A DNA stretch of 64,000 bases from Sphingomonadales bacterium (GCA_038202745.1 JBBRER010000003.1:676-64675), one strand, 5' to 3'. Shown: positions 19,684 to 34,017, counted from the stretch's first letter. The notes: generated by a model from the letters alone, not told the origin. Numbers and translations are program-made.

Positions 19684-20496
19684 ATGCAGCTTGTCCCATT
19701 CCTTTCCCCCGCACCGCGCGCGGGGTCCACAGCTGCGAGCGCGCGGCATGCGCTGGGCGTTGCTTCGCTCGACGATGCCTTGGCGGGAGGGCTGGCGTGC
19801 GGCCGGCTGCACGAGATTTACGGTGCCCAGCTGGAGGATGCCGCCGGTGCGGCAGGTTTCACCACGTTGCTAGCGGCAGGCCTCGCCATGTCGGCGCAAG
19901 GTCCCAGAGCGGTAGTCTGGCTTCAGGAAAAGCGTGCGGTCCAAGCCTGCGGAAGCCTGCAGGGGCAAGGTCTGAGCGAACTCGGCGGCTTGCCGCACAA
20001 CTTGCTGTTCGTGCGCGCGCAGAACACCAAGGCGCTGCTCCAGGCCTGCCTCGACGCGGTGCGCTGTCCCGGGCTGGCGGCGGTCATTCTCCAGACGCAT
20101 GGCTCGCTGCCCGAACTCGATCTTACCGCCAGCCGCCGGCTGTTGCTCGCGGCGGAACGATCGGGCGTTACCGTGCTGATGCTGCGCGGCGGCGCGGAGC
20201 CCGTGCCGAGCGCGGCGGAAACGCGCTGGTTGGCGGCATCGGCGCCGTCTCGCGCGCTGGCCGCGAACGCGCCCGGCGCGCCGGCATTCGATATCGAACT
20301 GTTGCGCCAGCGCGCGGGTCCGTCCGGACTGCGCTGGCGATTGGAGTGGGACCGTGACCGACGCAGCTTCCGCGAAACGGAGATACTTCCTTTCCGCGAG
20401 GCGGAGATATTTGGCGCTGTGGTTCCCGTTCCTGTCCGCGGACCGGCTGCGGATTCAGGAGCCGGAGCGCTGCGCCCTATCCCCCACGCCGCCTGA
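19684..20496 (+). CDS. imuA: ImuA (SulA/RecA-fold SOS mutagenesis protein)
   Basis: GVASLDDALAGGLACGRLHEIYG...VVWLQ...LLFVRA... in first position of an imuA-imuB-dnaE2 cassette. The 3' end is uncertain because of a 143-nt overlap with imuB. Confidence 0.75.
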   Translation: MQLVPFLSPAPRAGSTAASARHALGVASLDDALAGGLACGRLHEIYGAQLEDAAGAAGFTTLLAAGLAMSAQGPRAVVWLQEKRAVQACGSLQGQGLSELGGLPHNLLFVRAQNTKALLQACLDAVRCPGLAAVILQTHGSLPELDLTASRRLLLAAERSGVTVLMLRGGAEPVPSAAETRWLAASAPSRALAANAPGAPAFDIELLRQRAGPSGLRWRLEWDRDRRSFRETEILPFREAEIFGAVVPVPVRGPAADSGAGALRPIPHAA

Positions 20497-21963
20497 GACA
20501 CCGCTCGTCCTGTTCGCGCGGACCGGATCGGCACTGCGGCTGGCCGCAGTGGACGCACTAGGCGCAGGCCTCGGGCTCGCACCGGGGATGACGCTGGCCG
20601 ACGCTCGTGCGCGCTGTCCGCAATTGATCGCCCACGAGCACGACGAGCCCGCCGACCGCCATTGGCTCGAACGGCTGACGCGCGCCTATTTCCGCTTTTC
20701 TCCCGCAGTCACGCAGCTTCCCCCCGACGGGATTGCGATCGACATCACCGGCGGCGGCCACTTGTTCGGCGGGGAGCAGGGGTTGGCCGATCTGGCGCAG
20801 GACCAGATGGCCGCACGCGGCATGACGGTGCGCGTCGCCTGCGCGAACACCCCCGAAGGAGCGCAAGCGCTGGCGCGTTATGCACATTGGCCCGCGCCCG
20901 ACGAACGCGGCGCGATCCAGGCGCTGCCGGTCGTCGCGCTGAATTTGGGCGAGGAGGCGACGCGCGGTCTACAGCGTGCCGGACTGAAGACCGTCGGCGC
21001 GGTCGCGGCGCGGCCGATGGCGACGATCGCTGCGCGCTTCGGGATCGAAGCGGTGCGCGCGATCGAACGGCTGACCGGGGACGAGAGCGCGCCGATCGCT
21101 TCGCTCATGCCGCGCCAGGCGCTGCGCTTCGAGCGCCGCTTTGCCGAGCCGGTCGCGCATCGGGAGAGCGTCGCGGTGACGCTGGCCGAACTGCTGCACG
21201 AGGCGGCATCGAGCCTGGAGGAGCGACGCCTCGGCGGTCGCCGCTTCGGGATCGAGCTCCACCGCAGCGACGGGGCGGTGCATCGGCTCGAGATCGCAAC
21301 CAGCGCTCCTACGCGCGATTCAGCGCTGGTCCTGCGGCTGTTCGCCGAGCGGATCGGCGCGCTGGCCGATCCACTCGATCCCGGATTCGGCTACGACAGC
21401 ATGGTCCTGACCGTACTGCGGGCAGAGCCGCTCGATCCGGTTCAGACATCGATTCCGGGCGCAACCGATGGAATGATCGACGATGCCCGCGCGCTCGCCG
21501 AACTGGTCGACCGGCTCAGCACCCGGCTCGGACCCGATGCAGTGCGGCGCCTGGTTCCGCGCGACAGCCATATCCCCGAACAGGCGCAATTCGCGCTCCC
21601 TGCCATCGAGCGCGGCGCGCCGGCTCCCTGGCCCGCCGATACCCCCGACGGCCCACCCTCGCGCCCGCTGTTCCTGTTCGATCCGCCGCAAGGTTTGCAC
21701 GATGTGATGTCCGAAGTCCCCGACGGCCCGCCCCGTCGCTTTACCTGGCGGCGCAAATTGCACCACGTCCGGCTTTACGAAGGCCCCGAGCGGATCGCCG
21801 GAGAATGGTGGCGACGCAAAGGCGGTGAGCTTGCCGGCCAAGGCGGGCTGACCCGCGATTACTACCGGGTGGAGGACGTGCGCGGGCGGCGTTACTGGAT
21901 TTTCCGCCACGGGCTTTATGAGGAGACCGACGGACCCCGCTGGTATGTCCACGGATTGTTCGC

Positions 21964-21967
<4 letters not shown>
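20354..21967 (+). CDS. imuB: ImuB (Y-family DNA polymerase-like, catalytically inactive type)
   Basis: RRYLALWFPFLSADRL N-terminus typical of ImuB, with IMS-like domains following. GTG at 20354, or TTG at 20411. GTGA overlap with dnaE2. Confidence 0.8.
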
Positions 21968-25212
<3,245 letters not shown>

Positions 25213-25221
25213 CCCGTGGCT

Positions 25222-26601
25222 TCAGGCGGCGCGAACCTGATTGAGGAAGCCGTCGACCCGCGCCTTGAGCGCGGCCGCCTGCTGTTCGAGCTGGGTCGAG
25301 GAGGCCAGCACTTGCGACGCGGTCGCGCCCGCCGCCAGCGAAGTCTCGCGAACCTGGACGATGCTGGTCGAAACGTCGTCGGTGCAGCGCGCCGCCATGT
25401 CGATGCTCTTGGCCAGATCCTGCCCGGCAATCGACTGCTGGTCGACCGCCGCGGCGATCGACACCGAGGTCGATTCGAGTTGTTGGATCTGCTGCGCGAT
25501 CCCGCGCAACGCGCCGACGCTGGCGTGGGTCGAATCCTGCATGCCCCTGATCTGGCGCGAGACTTCCTCGGTCGCCTTGCTCGTCTGCGCGGCCAGTTCC
25601 TTGACCTCGGACGCGACCACCGCGAACCCGCGCCCCGCTTCGCCCCCGCGCGCCGCCTCGATCGAGGCGTTGAGCGCGAGCAGATTGGTGCGCTGCGCGA
25701 TGTGCGAAATCAGCTCGACGATCTGCCCGACCTGGTCGGCGCTTTCGGTCAGCGCAGAAATCGTCGCGTCGGCGGTTTCCGCCGCGGTCGACGCGCTGCG
25801 TGCGAGCTCGGCGGAATTGGCCGCTTGGCGGCTGATCTCGCCGATCGACATCGCGAACTCGTCGCTCGCCGCCGCCGCCGCGGTTACCCCCGCCGACGCT
25901 TCACCCAACGCCGATGACACGTCGTGAGTCTGCAAAGCCGATTGCTCGGCCGCCGCGGCCATCGAGGTCGCGGTGGATTGCAATTGCGACGACGCCGATG
26001 CGACCACGCTGACCACTTCGCCGACCGAGCGCTCGAACTGCTCGGCCAGCTGGTCGAGCAATTCGCCGCGCTGGCGTGCCGCCTGCTCGCGCTCGGTCTG
26101 GGTCTGTTCGATCATTTCGCGTTCGTTGTCGGCGGCCTCGGTCGCGTCTCGGCGCGCCTTTTCCATCCATTGCGAAGCGTCGATGAACACCTCGATCGAA
26201 CGCGCCATGTCGCCGATCTCGTCGCCGCGCGCGGTGCCGGTCAGGCGGAAGTCGTGTTCGGACTTGGTCAGCCGGTGCATCAACTCCGAAATGCGGCTCA
26301 ACGGCTGGACGAAATCGCGGTCGGTCACGCGCAGGACCGCGAACGCGAACGCTCCCGATGTCGCGCTCAGCGCCAGTAGCGCCGCGATCATCCACTTGGC
26401 GGTCGCAAGCGCGCTCATCGCGGCCGCGGGATCGCTCGCGGCGCCCGCGCTGCGTGCATTCAACAAAACGAGCCCGCCTAGCCCGAGGATCACGCTCGCT
26501 CCGACGATCGTAGCCACACAGGATCCGATCAGCTTCATTCGCGTCGCCAGACGCTCGCGGCCGAACCAGTGAAACGTGGGCGTGAAATCGATTTGTTCCA
26601 T
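25222..26601 (-). CDS. methyl-accepting chemotaxis protein
   Basis: AAGGAAG before ATG 26601, two TMs, a HAMP region and the conserved signalling hairpin [34 protein letters not shown]. Confidence 0.9.
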   Translation of the reverse strand: MEQIDFTPTFHWFGRERLATRMKLIGSCVATIVGASVILGLGGLVLLNARSAGAASDPAAAMSALATAKWMIAALLALSATSGAFAFAVLRVTDRDFVQPLSRISELMHRLTKSEHDFRLTGTARGDEIGDMARSIEVFIDASQWMEKARRDATEAADNEREMIEQTQTEREQAARQRGELLDQLAEQFERSVGEVVSVVASASSQLQSTATSMAAAAEQSALQTHDVSSALGEASAGVTAAAAASDEFAMSIGEISRQAANSAELARSASTAAETADATISALTESADQVGQIVELISHIAQRTNLLALNASIEAARGGEAGRGFAVVASEVKELAAQTSKATEEVSRQIRGMQDSTHASVGALRGIAQQIQQLESTSVSIAAAVDQQSIAGQDLAKSIDMAARCTDDVSTSIVQVRETSLAAGATASQVLASSTQLEQQAAALKARVDGFLNQVRAA

Positions 26602-26621
26602 CGTCGTGTCTTCCTTTGGGC

Positions 26622-28133
26622 CTAAGCGGCCGCGGCGCTTTGCATGCCGAGCAGCGTCTCCGAGAGCTCGCTCGCCGGCATCGCTTTGTAGTAAAGCCAG
26701 CCCTGGATCTGATCGCATCCCGCTAGGCGCACCATCGTTGCCTGTTCTTCGGTTTCGACCCCTTCGGCGGTGACATCCATGTTGAGCGAGCGCGCGACCG
26801 CGATGCTCGCCAGCATCATCGCGCGCGACCCTTGGTCGGTTGCGGCTTCGACCACCAGGGTGCGGTCGATCTTGAGCTTTTCGAAGCGGAACTGGCGCAG
26901 GAAGCCGATCGAAGCGTAGCCGGTGCCGAAATCGTCAAGGACGATGCGGACGCCGAAATCGCGGATCACTTCCATGCTGCGCCCGGCGATCACCGAATCG
27001 AGCACGAGGTGCGTCTCGGTGACTTCGAGCTCCAGCCGTTCGGGCGGGAATCCTGTTTCCTCGAGCAGATAGCCCAGGTCGATGGGGAATTCGGGATTGC
27101 GCAACTGCGCCGCGGAAATATTGACCGACAGCTTGATGTCGCCCCACGCCAGCGCATCGACCACACCCTGGCGCAGAACCCACAGGCCGATCGCGTTGAT
27201 CAGCCCCGATTCCTCGGCGATCGGGATGAACACGTTGGGCCCGATCTTCTTGCCGTCGGGGCGTTCCCAGCGGATCAGTGCCTCGACCGCGACGACTTCC
27301 TTGGTCGTCGCATCGACCAGCGGCTGATAGTGGACGCGAAATTCGTCGTTGTCCAAGGCGGCGCGCAGATCGTCGTCGAGCTCGCGCAGCGTCTCGCGGT
27401 GGCGGTCGAACTCTTCGCTGAACCAGGTGCAGCGCATCTTTCCCGCGCGCTTCGAGGCGTACATCGCGACGTCGGTGCGGCGCAGCAGCTCGGACGAGCT
27501 GATCGCGTCGCCGGGATTGGCGCGCGCCAGCCCGATGCTGGCGCCGACGGTGATCGCCCGCTCGTCGATGTAAATCGGCTTGGTCAGCCGCATCAGCATT
27601 CCGCGGCAGATGCCCTCGAGGATGTTGCCCGCGATCGGTCCACGCGCGACGAACGCGAATTCGTCCCCGCCGAGCCGATAGACGCGGGCCTCGTTCGCGC
27701 AGGCTTCGCTGAAGATCGCGGCGACATCCTTGATCAGGCGATCGCCGACGAAGTGGCCGTAATGGTCGTTGACGAGCTTGAACCCATCGAGATCGAGCAG
27801 CGCCAGCGCGGCTCCGCTTTCCCCGCCCAGTTCACCCTGTGCGGCGAATTCCTGGTGCAGCGCCCGGCGGTTGGGAAGCAGGCTGAGGCTATCGGTCAGG
27901 CCGAGTTCCTCGAGCTTGCGGACATTGGCGAAACCGAAGCGGAGCACCGCCAGAACCGTCGCGGCGTAGGCGGCCGCGGCGAGGAGAAGAAACGTCATCG
28001 ACGGCCGCTGCGGGGCGTCGCTTCCGGTCAGCAAGAGAGCCAACACCGCCGCGAACACCAACGTCAGCACGATCACCGGCGCAAAAACCGGCAACCTCGA
28101 CGAAAGTGTTCCTTCGGACTGACTGCGACCCAC
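26622..28133 (-). CDS. membrane-anchored GGDEF-EAL diguanylate cyclase/phosphodiesterase
   Basis: Two N-terminal TMs. The GGDEF site reads [12 protein letters not shown] domain motifs are [15 protein letters not shown] and KIDR. The start is uncertain: GTG 28133 sits behind GAGGGG, and the track start is GTG 28208. Confidence 0.85.
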   Translation of the reverse strand: MGRSQSEGTLSSRLPVFAPVIVLTLVFAAVLALLLTGSDAPQRPSMTFLLLAAAAYAATVLAVLRFGFANVRKLEELGLTDSLSLLPNRRALHQEFAAQGELGGESGAALALLDLDGFKLVNDHYGHFVGDRLIKDVAAIFSEACANEARVYRLGGDEFAFVARGPIAGNILEGICRGMLMRLTKPIYIDERAITVGASIGLARANPGDAISSSELLRRTDVAMYASKRAGKMRCTWFSEEFDRHRETLRELDDDLRAALDNDEFRVHYQPLVDATTKEVVAVEALIRWERPDGKKIGPNVFIPIAEESGLINAIGLWVLRQGVVDALAWGDIKLSVNISAAQLRNPEFPIDLGYLLEETGFPPERLELEVTETHLVLDSVIAGRSMEVIRDFGVRIVLDDFGTGYASIGFLRQFRFEKLKIDRTLVVEAATDQGSRAMMLASIAVARSLNMDVTAEGVETEEQATMVRLAGCDQIQGWLYYKAMPASELSETLLGMQSAAAA

Positions 28134-28245
28134 CCCGTTATCCCCTCGTTGACCTCGTCTCCGGCGGTCGTTGCGACTTTGCGACCGGATCGGCGGCCTT
28201 TGCCGCACCTAGGCAGTAAGCTTTAAATTACCGTGAAGGCGGCGT

Positions 28246-29100
28246 TCACCACCGCGCTCCGCCCACGTTTGCCCGCCGCGCCGCGGCAAGGCTGTAAAGC
28301 CCCGCCAAGTCGGGATCGGCCGCCGAAAACAGGTCGGTGCGCCCGCGCGCGCTTTCTCCCGCGCCGAGCATCAGCAAGCCGTCGGGAGGCAGCGCCGTGG
28401 AGATCTGCTCGAACGCCCGCCGCCTGGTCGGTCCATCGAAATAAAGCAGGACGTTGCGGCACAACACGAGATCGAAGCTCGCCGCCTGGGGCAGTGGTTC
28501 CAGAATATTGTGAACCCCGAAGCGAACCATCGCCTTGAGCCGGGGCGAGACTTGCCACCCGGTCGGCGTCTCCTCGAACCAGCGGAGTGTCTGCAGGACG
28601 CTCAGCCCGCGCTGAACCTGGAACTGGGTATATCGGCCCGAGCGCGCCAGTTCGACCACTGAGCGCGACACGTCGCAGGCGTAAATGTCGATCGTCCAGC
28701 CCGCCCAGCGGGCCTCGTTTTCGGCGAACAGCATCGCCAGCGAATACGCTTCCTGTCCGGTCGAACAGCCCGCCGACCACACCGATATGCGCTTGGTCTC
28801 CGCGCGGCGCGCCGCGATCTGGGGCAAGATTTTCTCGCCCACCAGATCGAACAGCTGGCGATCGCGAAAGAAATAAGTCTCGTTGTTGAGCAGCGCTTCG
28901 ACGACCCGCCGCGAGAGCGAGCCATCGCGCTCGCGCTCCATCCGCGCGATCAGGGCGTCGATGTCCCCGACCTCGAGTTCGCGAACGAGCCCGGCAAGCA
29001 CCGTGCCGAACCGCCAGCGCCGGTTTTCCTGCATTTCCTGCCCTGTGTGCTCTTCGAGCAACCCGGCCAGGACGCGGCTCGCCGCGGGGCTCAAATCCAT
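28246..29100 (-). CDS. cheR: chemotaxis protein methyltransferase CheR
   Basis: NETYFFRD, ISVWSAGCSTGQEAYSLAM, CRNVLLYFD. Confidence 0.9.
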   Translation of the reverse strand: MDLSPAASRVLAGLLEEHTGQEMQENRRWRFGTVLAGLVRELEVGDIDALIARMERERDGSLSRRVVEALLNNETYFFRDRQLFDLVGEKILPQIAARRAETKRISVWSAGCSTGQEAYSLAMLFAENEARWAGWTIDIYACDVSRSVVELARSGRYTQFQVQRGLSVLQTLRWFEETPTGWQVSPRLKAMVRFGVHNILEPLPQAASFDLVLCRNVLLYFDGPTRRRAFEQISTALPPDGLLMLGAGESARGRTDLFSAADPDLAGLYSLAAARRANVGGARW

Positions 29101-30176
29101 GCCGCGGCTCCGACATGGGCGCCGATGCGCTGGGCGATCTGGTCCGGCGGCAGGACCGCGCTGGCGAGCCCCGCGGCAACGATCCCGCGCGGCATGCCCC
29201 AGACCGCGCTGCTCGCCTCGTCCTGCGCGAACACCGCACCGCCTGCTGCGGCGATTGCGCGCGCGCCGGCCAATCCGTCGCGCCCCATCCCGGTGAGCAC
29301 GACCCCGGTCACTCCGGCGCCCAGCGCTGCGGCGAGCGATTCGAACATCGGATCGACCGAAGGCAGGCAGCCGTTGTCGAGCCGGGTCCGGTCGAGCCGC
29401 ACGCGGAGCCGGCCGTGCTTGTCGTGCAAAGTCATGTGCGCGTCGCCGGGCGCGATCAGCACGAGATCGGCGCGCGCCTCGCTGCCTTCGGAGGCAACCG
29501 CGACCTCGCGCCGCGAAGCGAGCGCAAGCTGGCGCGCGAACACCGGCATGAACGCCGCGGGCAAATGTTGCGTTACGAAGATCGGCGCGGCGATGCGGGG
29601 CGGAAGCGCGGTGAAGAATTGGCCGAGTGCGTGAATGCCGCCGGTCGAAGCACCCAGCGCGAGCGCTTCGAGTGGACGGTCGAGCGAGCGCCGCGCGGGA
29701 ACCGGCAGCGGCGGAACGACTTCGGACAATCCGCCCCCGAGCGCGCGCACCCGATCGGTCAGCATCCTGCGGTAAGCGGTGTCGAAGCGGCCCGCTTCGG
29801 GCTTCTGGATGGTGTCGGCGGCGCCGAGCGCGAGCGCGGCGACGGTCTGTTCGGCGCCGGTGGCGGCGTGAGTCGAGACGACCAGAACATGCGCGCCGCG
29901 GCCCGCCTCGAGCAATCGCGGCAGTGCTTTGAGCCCGCCCATGCCCGGCATTTCGAGATCGAGCAGGATTACATCGACGCGGGTCGAGCCGAGCAGGTCG
30001 ATCGCCTGTTCGGCGCTCGACGCCGCGGCAACCACCGCCATGTCGGTCTCGCCCGCGACGAGCCGCGAAAGCACCGCGCGCGCCGTGATCGAATCGTCGA
30101 CCACGAGGACACGGATTTCGGGCTTCGCCGCGCTAGGACCCGAAGTCCTCGCGGCGCTGTCCGGAGCGCGCGGCAC
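29091..30176 (-). CDS. cheB: chemotaxis response regulator protein-glutamate methylesterase CheB
   Basis: Receiver domain (VLVVDDS...DVILLDLEMPGMGG) plus methylesterase domain (GASTGG, H, D triad context). Confidence 0.9.
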   Translation of the reverse strand: MPRAPDSAARTSGPSAAKPEIRVLVVDDSITARAVLSRLVAGETDMAVVAAASSAEQAIDLLGSTRVDVILLDLEMPGMGGLKALPRLLEAGRGAHVLVVSTHAATGAEQTVAALALGAADTIQKPEAGRFDTAYRRMLTDRVRALGGGLSEVVPPLPVPARRSLDRPLEALALGASTGGIHALGQFFTALPPRIAAPIFVTQHLPAAFMPVFARQLALASRREVAVASEGSEARADLVLIAPGDAHMTLHDKHGRLRVRLDRTRLDNGCLPSVDPMFESLAAALGAGVTGVVLTGMGRDGLAGARAIAAAGGAVFAQDEASSAVWGMPRGIVAAGLASAVLPPDQIAQRIGAHVGAAAWI

Positions 30177-30184
30177 GGCGGGTC

Positions 30185-30550
30185 TCAGACCGCGCCGACG
30201 AGCTGCAGCTTGATCTGGAGCGTTTCGCGATCGAACGGCTTCATCACGTATTCGTTGGCCCCGGCCTCGATCGCCGAACGGATGTGAACCACATCGTTTT
30301 CGGTGGTGCAGAAGACCACTTTGGGGCTCGCCCCGTCCTCGCGGGCGCGTAGGACGCGGATGAATTCGATCCCGCTCATCACCGGCATGTTCCAGTCGAG
30401 CAGGATCACGTCGGGCATGGCTTCGGCGCAGCGTTCGAGCGCTTCGCTGCCGTCGCCCGCCTCGGCCACGGCGAATCCCATGCCCTCGAGCAGGTGCCGC
30501 GAAACCTTGCGGATGACGCGCGAGTCATCGACGATCAGGCATGTTTTCAT
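30185..30550 (-). CDS. cheY: chemotaxis response regulator CheY
   Basis: MKTCLIVDDS...DVILLDWNMPVMSG...KPF. ATG 30550 is preferred over the GTG at 30559. Confidence 0.9.
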   Translation of the reverse strand: MKTCLIVDDSRVIRKVSRHLLEGMGFAVAEAGDGSEALERCAEAMPDVILLDWNMPVMSGIEFIRVLRAREDGASPKVVFCTTENDVVHIRSAIEAGANEYVMKPFDRETLQIKLQLVGAV

Positions 30551-30603
30551 TACGACCACTTTCTTGTTTGCCCGATGATTATCGCGGTTAGGTAACTTTT
30601 GAA

Positions 30604-31047
30604 TTAAGCAGCGCGCGCGGGCTTGACGCCGAGCGCGAGCGTTTCGCCGTCGAGCAGGAGGAGCGGGCCCGCGGCGGTCTCGACCATCCCGCGCGAGGCG
30701 GCGGCCCAGCCATCGCCGGGATCGGCGCGCGCCGGGGTGAGGTCGGACAGCGCGGGCGTGACGTCGAGCACTTCGTCGACCAGCAGTGCGTAGCCGTGAC
30801 CGCCGACTTCGACGACCACCGCGTGGCGGCCGCGAGGATCGGCGGTGTCGGGCGCCATGCCCAGCGCGGCGCGGGCGTCGATTACGGTCAGCACCCGGCT
30901 GCGCAACGTGGCCAGCCCCGCGACCGGTTGCGGCGCCAGCGGGATCGGCACGAGCACATCGATTTCGATGACCGAGGCGACCTCGGCCGCGCGCAGCGCC
31001 GCCTTGCGCCCGGCGATCGTGGTGACAAGAAGCAGATCGTCGATCAT
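30604..31047 (-). CDS. cheW: chemotaxis coupling protein CheW
   Basis: CheW-like domain of 147 aa. ATGA overlap with the cheA stop. The long N-terminal extension of ORF 30604..31863 is rejected. Confidence 0.85.
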   Translation of the reverse strand: MIDDLLLVTTIAGRKAALRAAEVASVIEIDVLVPIPLAPQPVAGLATLRSRVLTVIDARAALGMAPDTADPRGRHAVVVEVGGHGYALLVDEVLDVTPALSDLTPARADPGDGWAAASRGMVETAAGPLLLLDGETLALGVKPARAA

Positions 31048-33389
31048 CGCCGGGCTCCTGCGCGGGCAGCGGCGAGCGCGGCGGTCAGCCGGTCGCGGTC
31101 GTAGCGGTAAATGCTGTCGCCAGCGGCGTCGGCCTCTTCGGGTGCGGTGCACAGGCGGATCACTTGCGCAGCCCCCGCCCCCGCGGCAGCGCCGGCTTCG
31201 AACGCGAAGGCAACGTCGGCGCTGGCCTCGTCGTCGGGGCCAACCACGCGGTAGCCGGCGGCTTCGACCAGCGGGCGCAGGAAGCTGTCGACCCAGCGGT
31301 CGCCTTGGGGCAAGCGGCATACCGCGCGCGCCGCGCCCTGGGGCCGCTCGGCGCGGTGCGCGAACAGCCAGTGCGCATCGACCAGCTCGACCGCGACACC
31401 GTCGACCAGCGTCAGGCCTTCGATCTCGCCCGGCGCGGCCGAGAGGACGATCTCGTCGGTCAGAGTGCCGATCTCGGGCGCGCCGCGGATCGCATAGGCG
31501 ATCTGCGCCGATCCATCCCCAAGGCGCAGCAGTTGGACGCTGGCGTCGGCGATCTCGGCCTCGTCGAGTCCGGCGAGCGGGAGGATTTCGTCGCCGACGA
31601 CTACACGCGCGGTTGCTCCGTCGCGGTGGATCGCGCTCGCCGCGACGGTTTCGACACGCTCCGCCGCGGCCATCCGCACCGCACGGCGTTTGCCGCTCCA
31701 GGCGGTGAAGACCAGCACCGGCTCGCTCCGCGCAAGCGCTTCGCCGACGGGCTGAACCGGCCTGATCGTCGCTTCGTTCATGTTGAGATCGACCCCGCCG
31801 AGCCGGGCCACCCCGGTGAGGTCGATCAGCAGCAGCGGCATGCCATCGTCGCACAATGTGCAACCGGCGTAGAGCGTGGTCCCCATCACCGCGGGCGCGA
31901 CGGGCTTGACCACCAGTTCCTCGTGATCGAGCAGCCGGTCGACCGCGAGGACATAGCGGTTGCCGCCGGTCAAGCGGATCACCACCAGCGTGCGCGCACG
32001 CTCGGACGGCGCATTGCCAAGGCCGAGCACGTCGGCGAGGATGACCACCGGCAGGCGGCGATCGCGCACTCCCGCGACCAGCCCTCCACCGACTTCCTCA
32101 ATCCCCATCGCCTGCGAGCGCGGGTCGACGATCTCTTCGATATAACTGCGCGGGATCGCGAAGCTCTGGCCCCCGGCTCCGACCACCAGCGCAGGCGTGA
32201 TCGCCAGTGTCAGCGGAACGCGCAAGGTGATCCGCGTTCCGACTTTGGCGGTGGTGTCGATCTCGATCGAACCGCCGATCCGCTCGATATTGGCGCGCAC
32301 CACATCCATCCCGACCCCGCGGCCCGAAACTTCGGTGACGGCGTCGGCAGTCGACAGTCCCGGTTCGCAGATCAGCAGCGCGCGTTCGCGGCGGCTGAGC
32401 TGCGCGGCTTGCGCGGCGTTGATCACACCCGCGGCGATGGCTTTGTCGACAAGCTTGTCGGTATCGATGCCGCGCCCATCGTCGGCGCTCTCGATGAGGA
32501 TCTGGTTGCCCGACTGACGCGCCGAGATGACCAGCAACCCGATTTCGCGCTTGCCCGCGGCGAGCCGCGCGGCGGGCGGTTCGATCCCGTGATCGACCGC
32601 GTTGCGGATCATGTGGATGAGCGGATCGCGGATCAGCTCGATCATCTCGCGGTCGAGCTCGACGTCGCCGCCGTCGATGTCGATCATCACCTGCTTGCCG
32701 AGCTGAGCCGACAAATCGCGGACCAGCCGCGGCAGCGTCCCGAACAGCCCGTCGATCGACTGCATCCGCGTTCGGGTCATCGAATCGCGAACTTCGGCAA
32801 TCATCGCCGAGAGCCGCTCGAACGGTCCTTCGATGCCGACGTCGGCGGACACTTCCCTCAATTTACGGGCAAGCTCGTTGCGCGCGAGAACGATGTCCGA
32901 CACGCCGCTCATCACCCGGTCGAGCAGTTCGACCGGAAGCCTGACCGAGCGCTGCGCGGCCGCCGGGCGAGCGCCGGAGAGCGCCTGATTGAACCCGGTC
33001 ACGACCGCATCGGGCGCTTCGGCGCCGGCTTGCAGCGCCTGGATCAGCACGGCGTCGTTGCCCTCGGCAAACGGCTCACCGCGATCGATCGCCTCGATCA
33101 TGTCGGCGATCTGGTCCAGCACCGCGAGCACCCCGGTGACGAGCGCCGCATCGGCGCCGCGGCGGCCCGCGCGGACATCGGCGAGGACGTCCTCGGCAGC
33201 GTGGCTGAGCGCCTGGAGCCGGGGGAAATCGAAGAACCCGCAGTTGCCTTTGACGGTGTGGAAGAAGCGGAAGATCGCGTCCAGCCGGTCGCGGTCGCCG
33301 GGATTGCCCTCCCAGGCGACGATCTCGCCCCCCAGCGCCTCGAGCATCTCGCGCGTTTCCGCGACGAAATCGCCGAGCAGATCGTCCAT
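31044..33389 (-). CDS. cheA: chemotaxis histidine kinase CheA
   Basis: HPt domain (FRFFHTVKGNCG), HATPase motifs (HMIRNAVDHGIE, DDGRGID, GRGVGMD), and C-terminal CheW-like domain(s). Confidence 0.9.
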   Translation of the reverse strand: MDDLLGDFVAETREMLEALGGEIVAWEGNPGDRDRLDAIFRFFHTVKGNCGFFDFPRLQALSHAAEDVLADVRAGRRGADAALVTGVLAVLDQIADMIEAIDRGEPFAEGNDAVLIQALQAGAEAPDAVVTGFNQALSGARPAAAQRSVRLPVELLDRVMSGVSDIVLARNELARKLREVSADVGIEGPFERLSAMIAEVRDSMTRTRMQSIDGLFGTLPRLVRDLSAQLGKQVMIDIDGGDVELDREMIELIRDPLIHMIRNAVDHGIEPPAARLAAGKREIGLLVISARQSGNQILIESADDGRGIDTDKLVDKAIAAGVINAAQAAQLSRRERALLICEPGLSTADAVTEVSGRGVGMDVVRANIERIGGSIEIDTTAKVGTRITLRVPLTLAITPALVVGAGGQSFAIPRSYIEEIVDPRSQAMGIEEVGGGLVAGVRDRRLPVVILADVLGLGNAPSERARTLVVIRLTGGNRYVLAVDRLLDHEELVVKPVAPAVMGTTLYAGCTLCDDGMPLLLIDLTGVARLGGVDLNMNEATIRPVQPVGEALARSEPVLVFTAWSGKRRAVRMAAAERVETVAASAIHRDGATARVVVGDEILPLAGLDEAEIADASVQLLRLGDGSAQIAYAIRGAPEIGTLTDEIVLSAAPGEIEGLTLVDGVAVELVDAHWLFAHRAERPQGAARAVCRLPQGDRWVDSFLRPLVEAAGYRVVGPDDEASADVAFAFEAGAAAGAGAAQVIRLCTAPEEADAAGDSIYRYDRDRLTAALAAARAGARR

Positions 33390-33458
33390 CGCTTGCGCCC
33401 CCGTTGTTCGCGCCGCAGCTATGGGCGAACAATGGTTAACGAAGCGTTCGGAAGGCGG

Positions 33459-33902
33459 TTACCCTCGCTGCGCCAACCAGCGCACCGCCAGCGCATAGCC
33501 CTGCGCACCCAGCCCCGCGATCGTCCCGGTCACCACCGCGGTCATGATCGTATCCTTGCGCCACGCCTCGTCGCGGCGGTGGAGGTTCGAGATGTGAACC
33601 TCGACCACCGGGCAATCGACCGCTTTCAGCGCATCGAGCACCGCGTAGCTGGCATAGGAGAATGACGCCGGGTTGATCACCAGCCCGACAAGGCCGGTGC
33701 TATGCGCCTGCAGCCACTCGACCATCGCGTGCTCAGCGTTGGTCTGGCGAAAATCGAGCGTCAGCCCGGCCGCGTCGGTCTCGGCCCGGCACAGCGCCTC
33801 GACATCGGCGAGCGTGTCGATCCCGTAAACCTCGGGCTCGCGCGTCCCCAGCAGATTGAGATTGGGCCCGTTGAGGACCAGAATCGTGCCGCCCGCCATC
33901 AT
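33459..33902 (-). CDS. aroQ: type II 3-dehydroquinate dehydratase
   Basis: ILVLNGPNLNLLGTREPEVYG...VINPASFSYASYA...EVHISNLHRR. Confidence 0.9.
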   Translation of the reverse strand: MMAGGTILVLNGPNLNLLGTREPEVYGIDTLADVEALCRAETDAAGLTLDFRQTNAEHAMVEWLQAHSTGLVGLVINPASFSYASYAVLDALKAVDCPVVEVHISNLHRRDEAWRKDTIMTAVVTGTIAGLGAQGYALAVRWLAQRG

Positions 33903-34017
33903 GCGCTCCTGCGCTGCTGTGCCGATTGTCGCATCGTGGGAACCTCGCCGTCGGTGCGCCTATGGCGCAATAGCTACCGCGATGAAAGCCAGGCCGCTGC
34001 AATCAGGCACAGGGCGA

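Noticed and set aside
31164-33665. 833-aa plus-strand ORF
   Set aside because: It is exactly antisense to cheA, which has unmistakable kinase motifs. The product is Arg/Asp/Gly-rich with no recognisable domain. This is typical high-GC shadow-frame behaviour.
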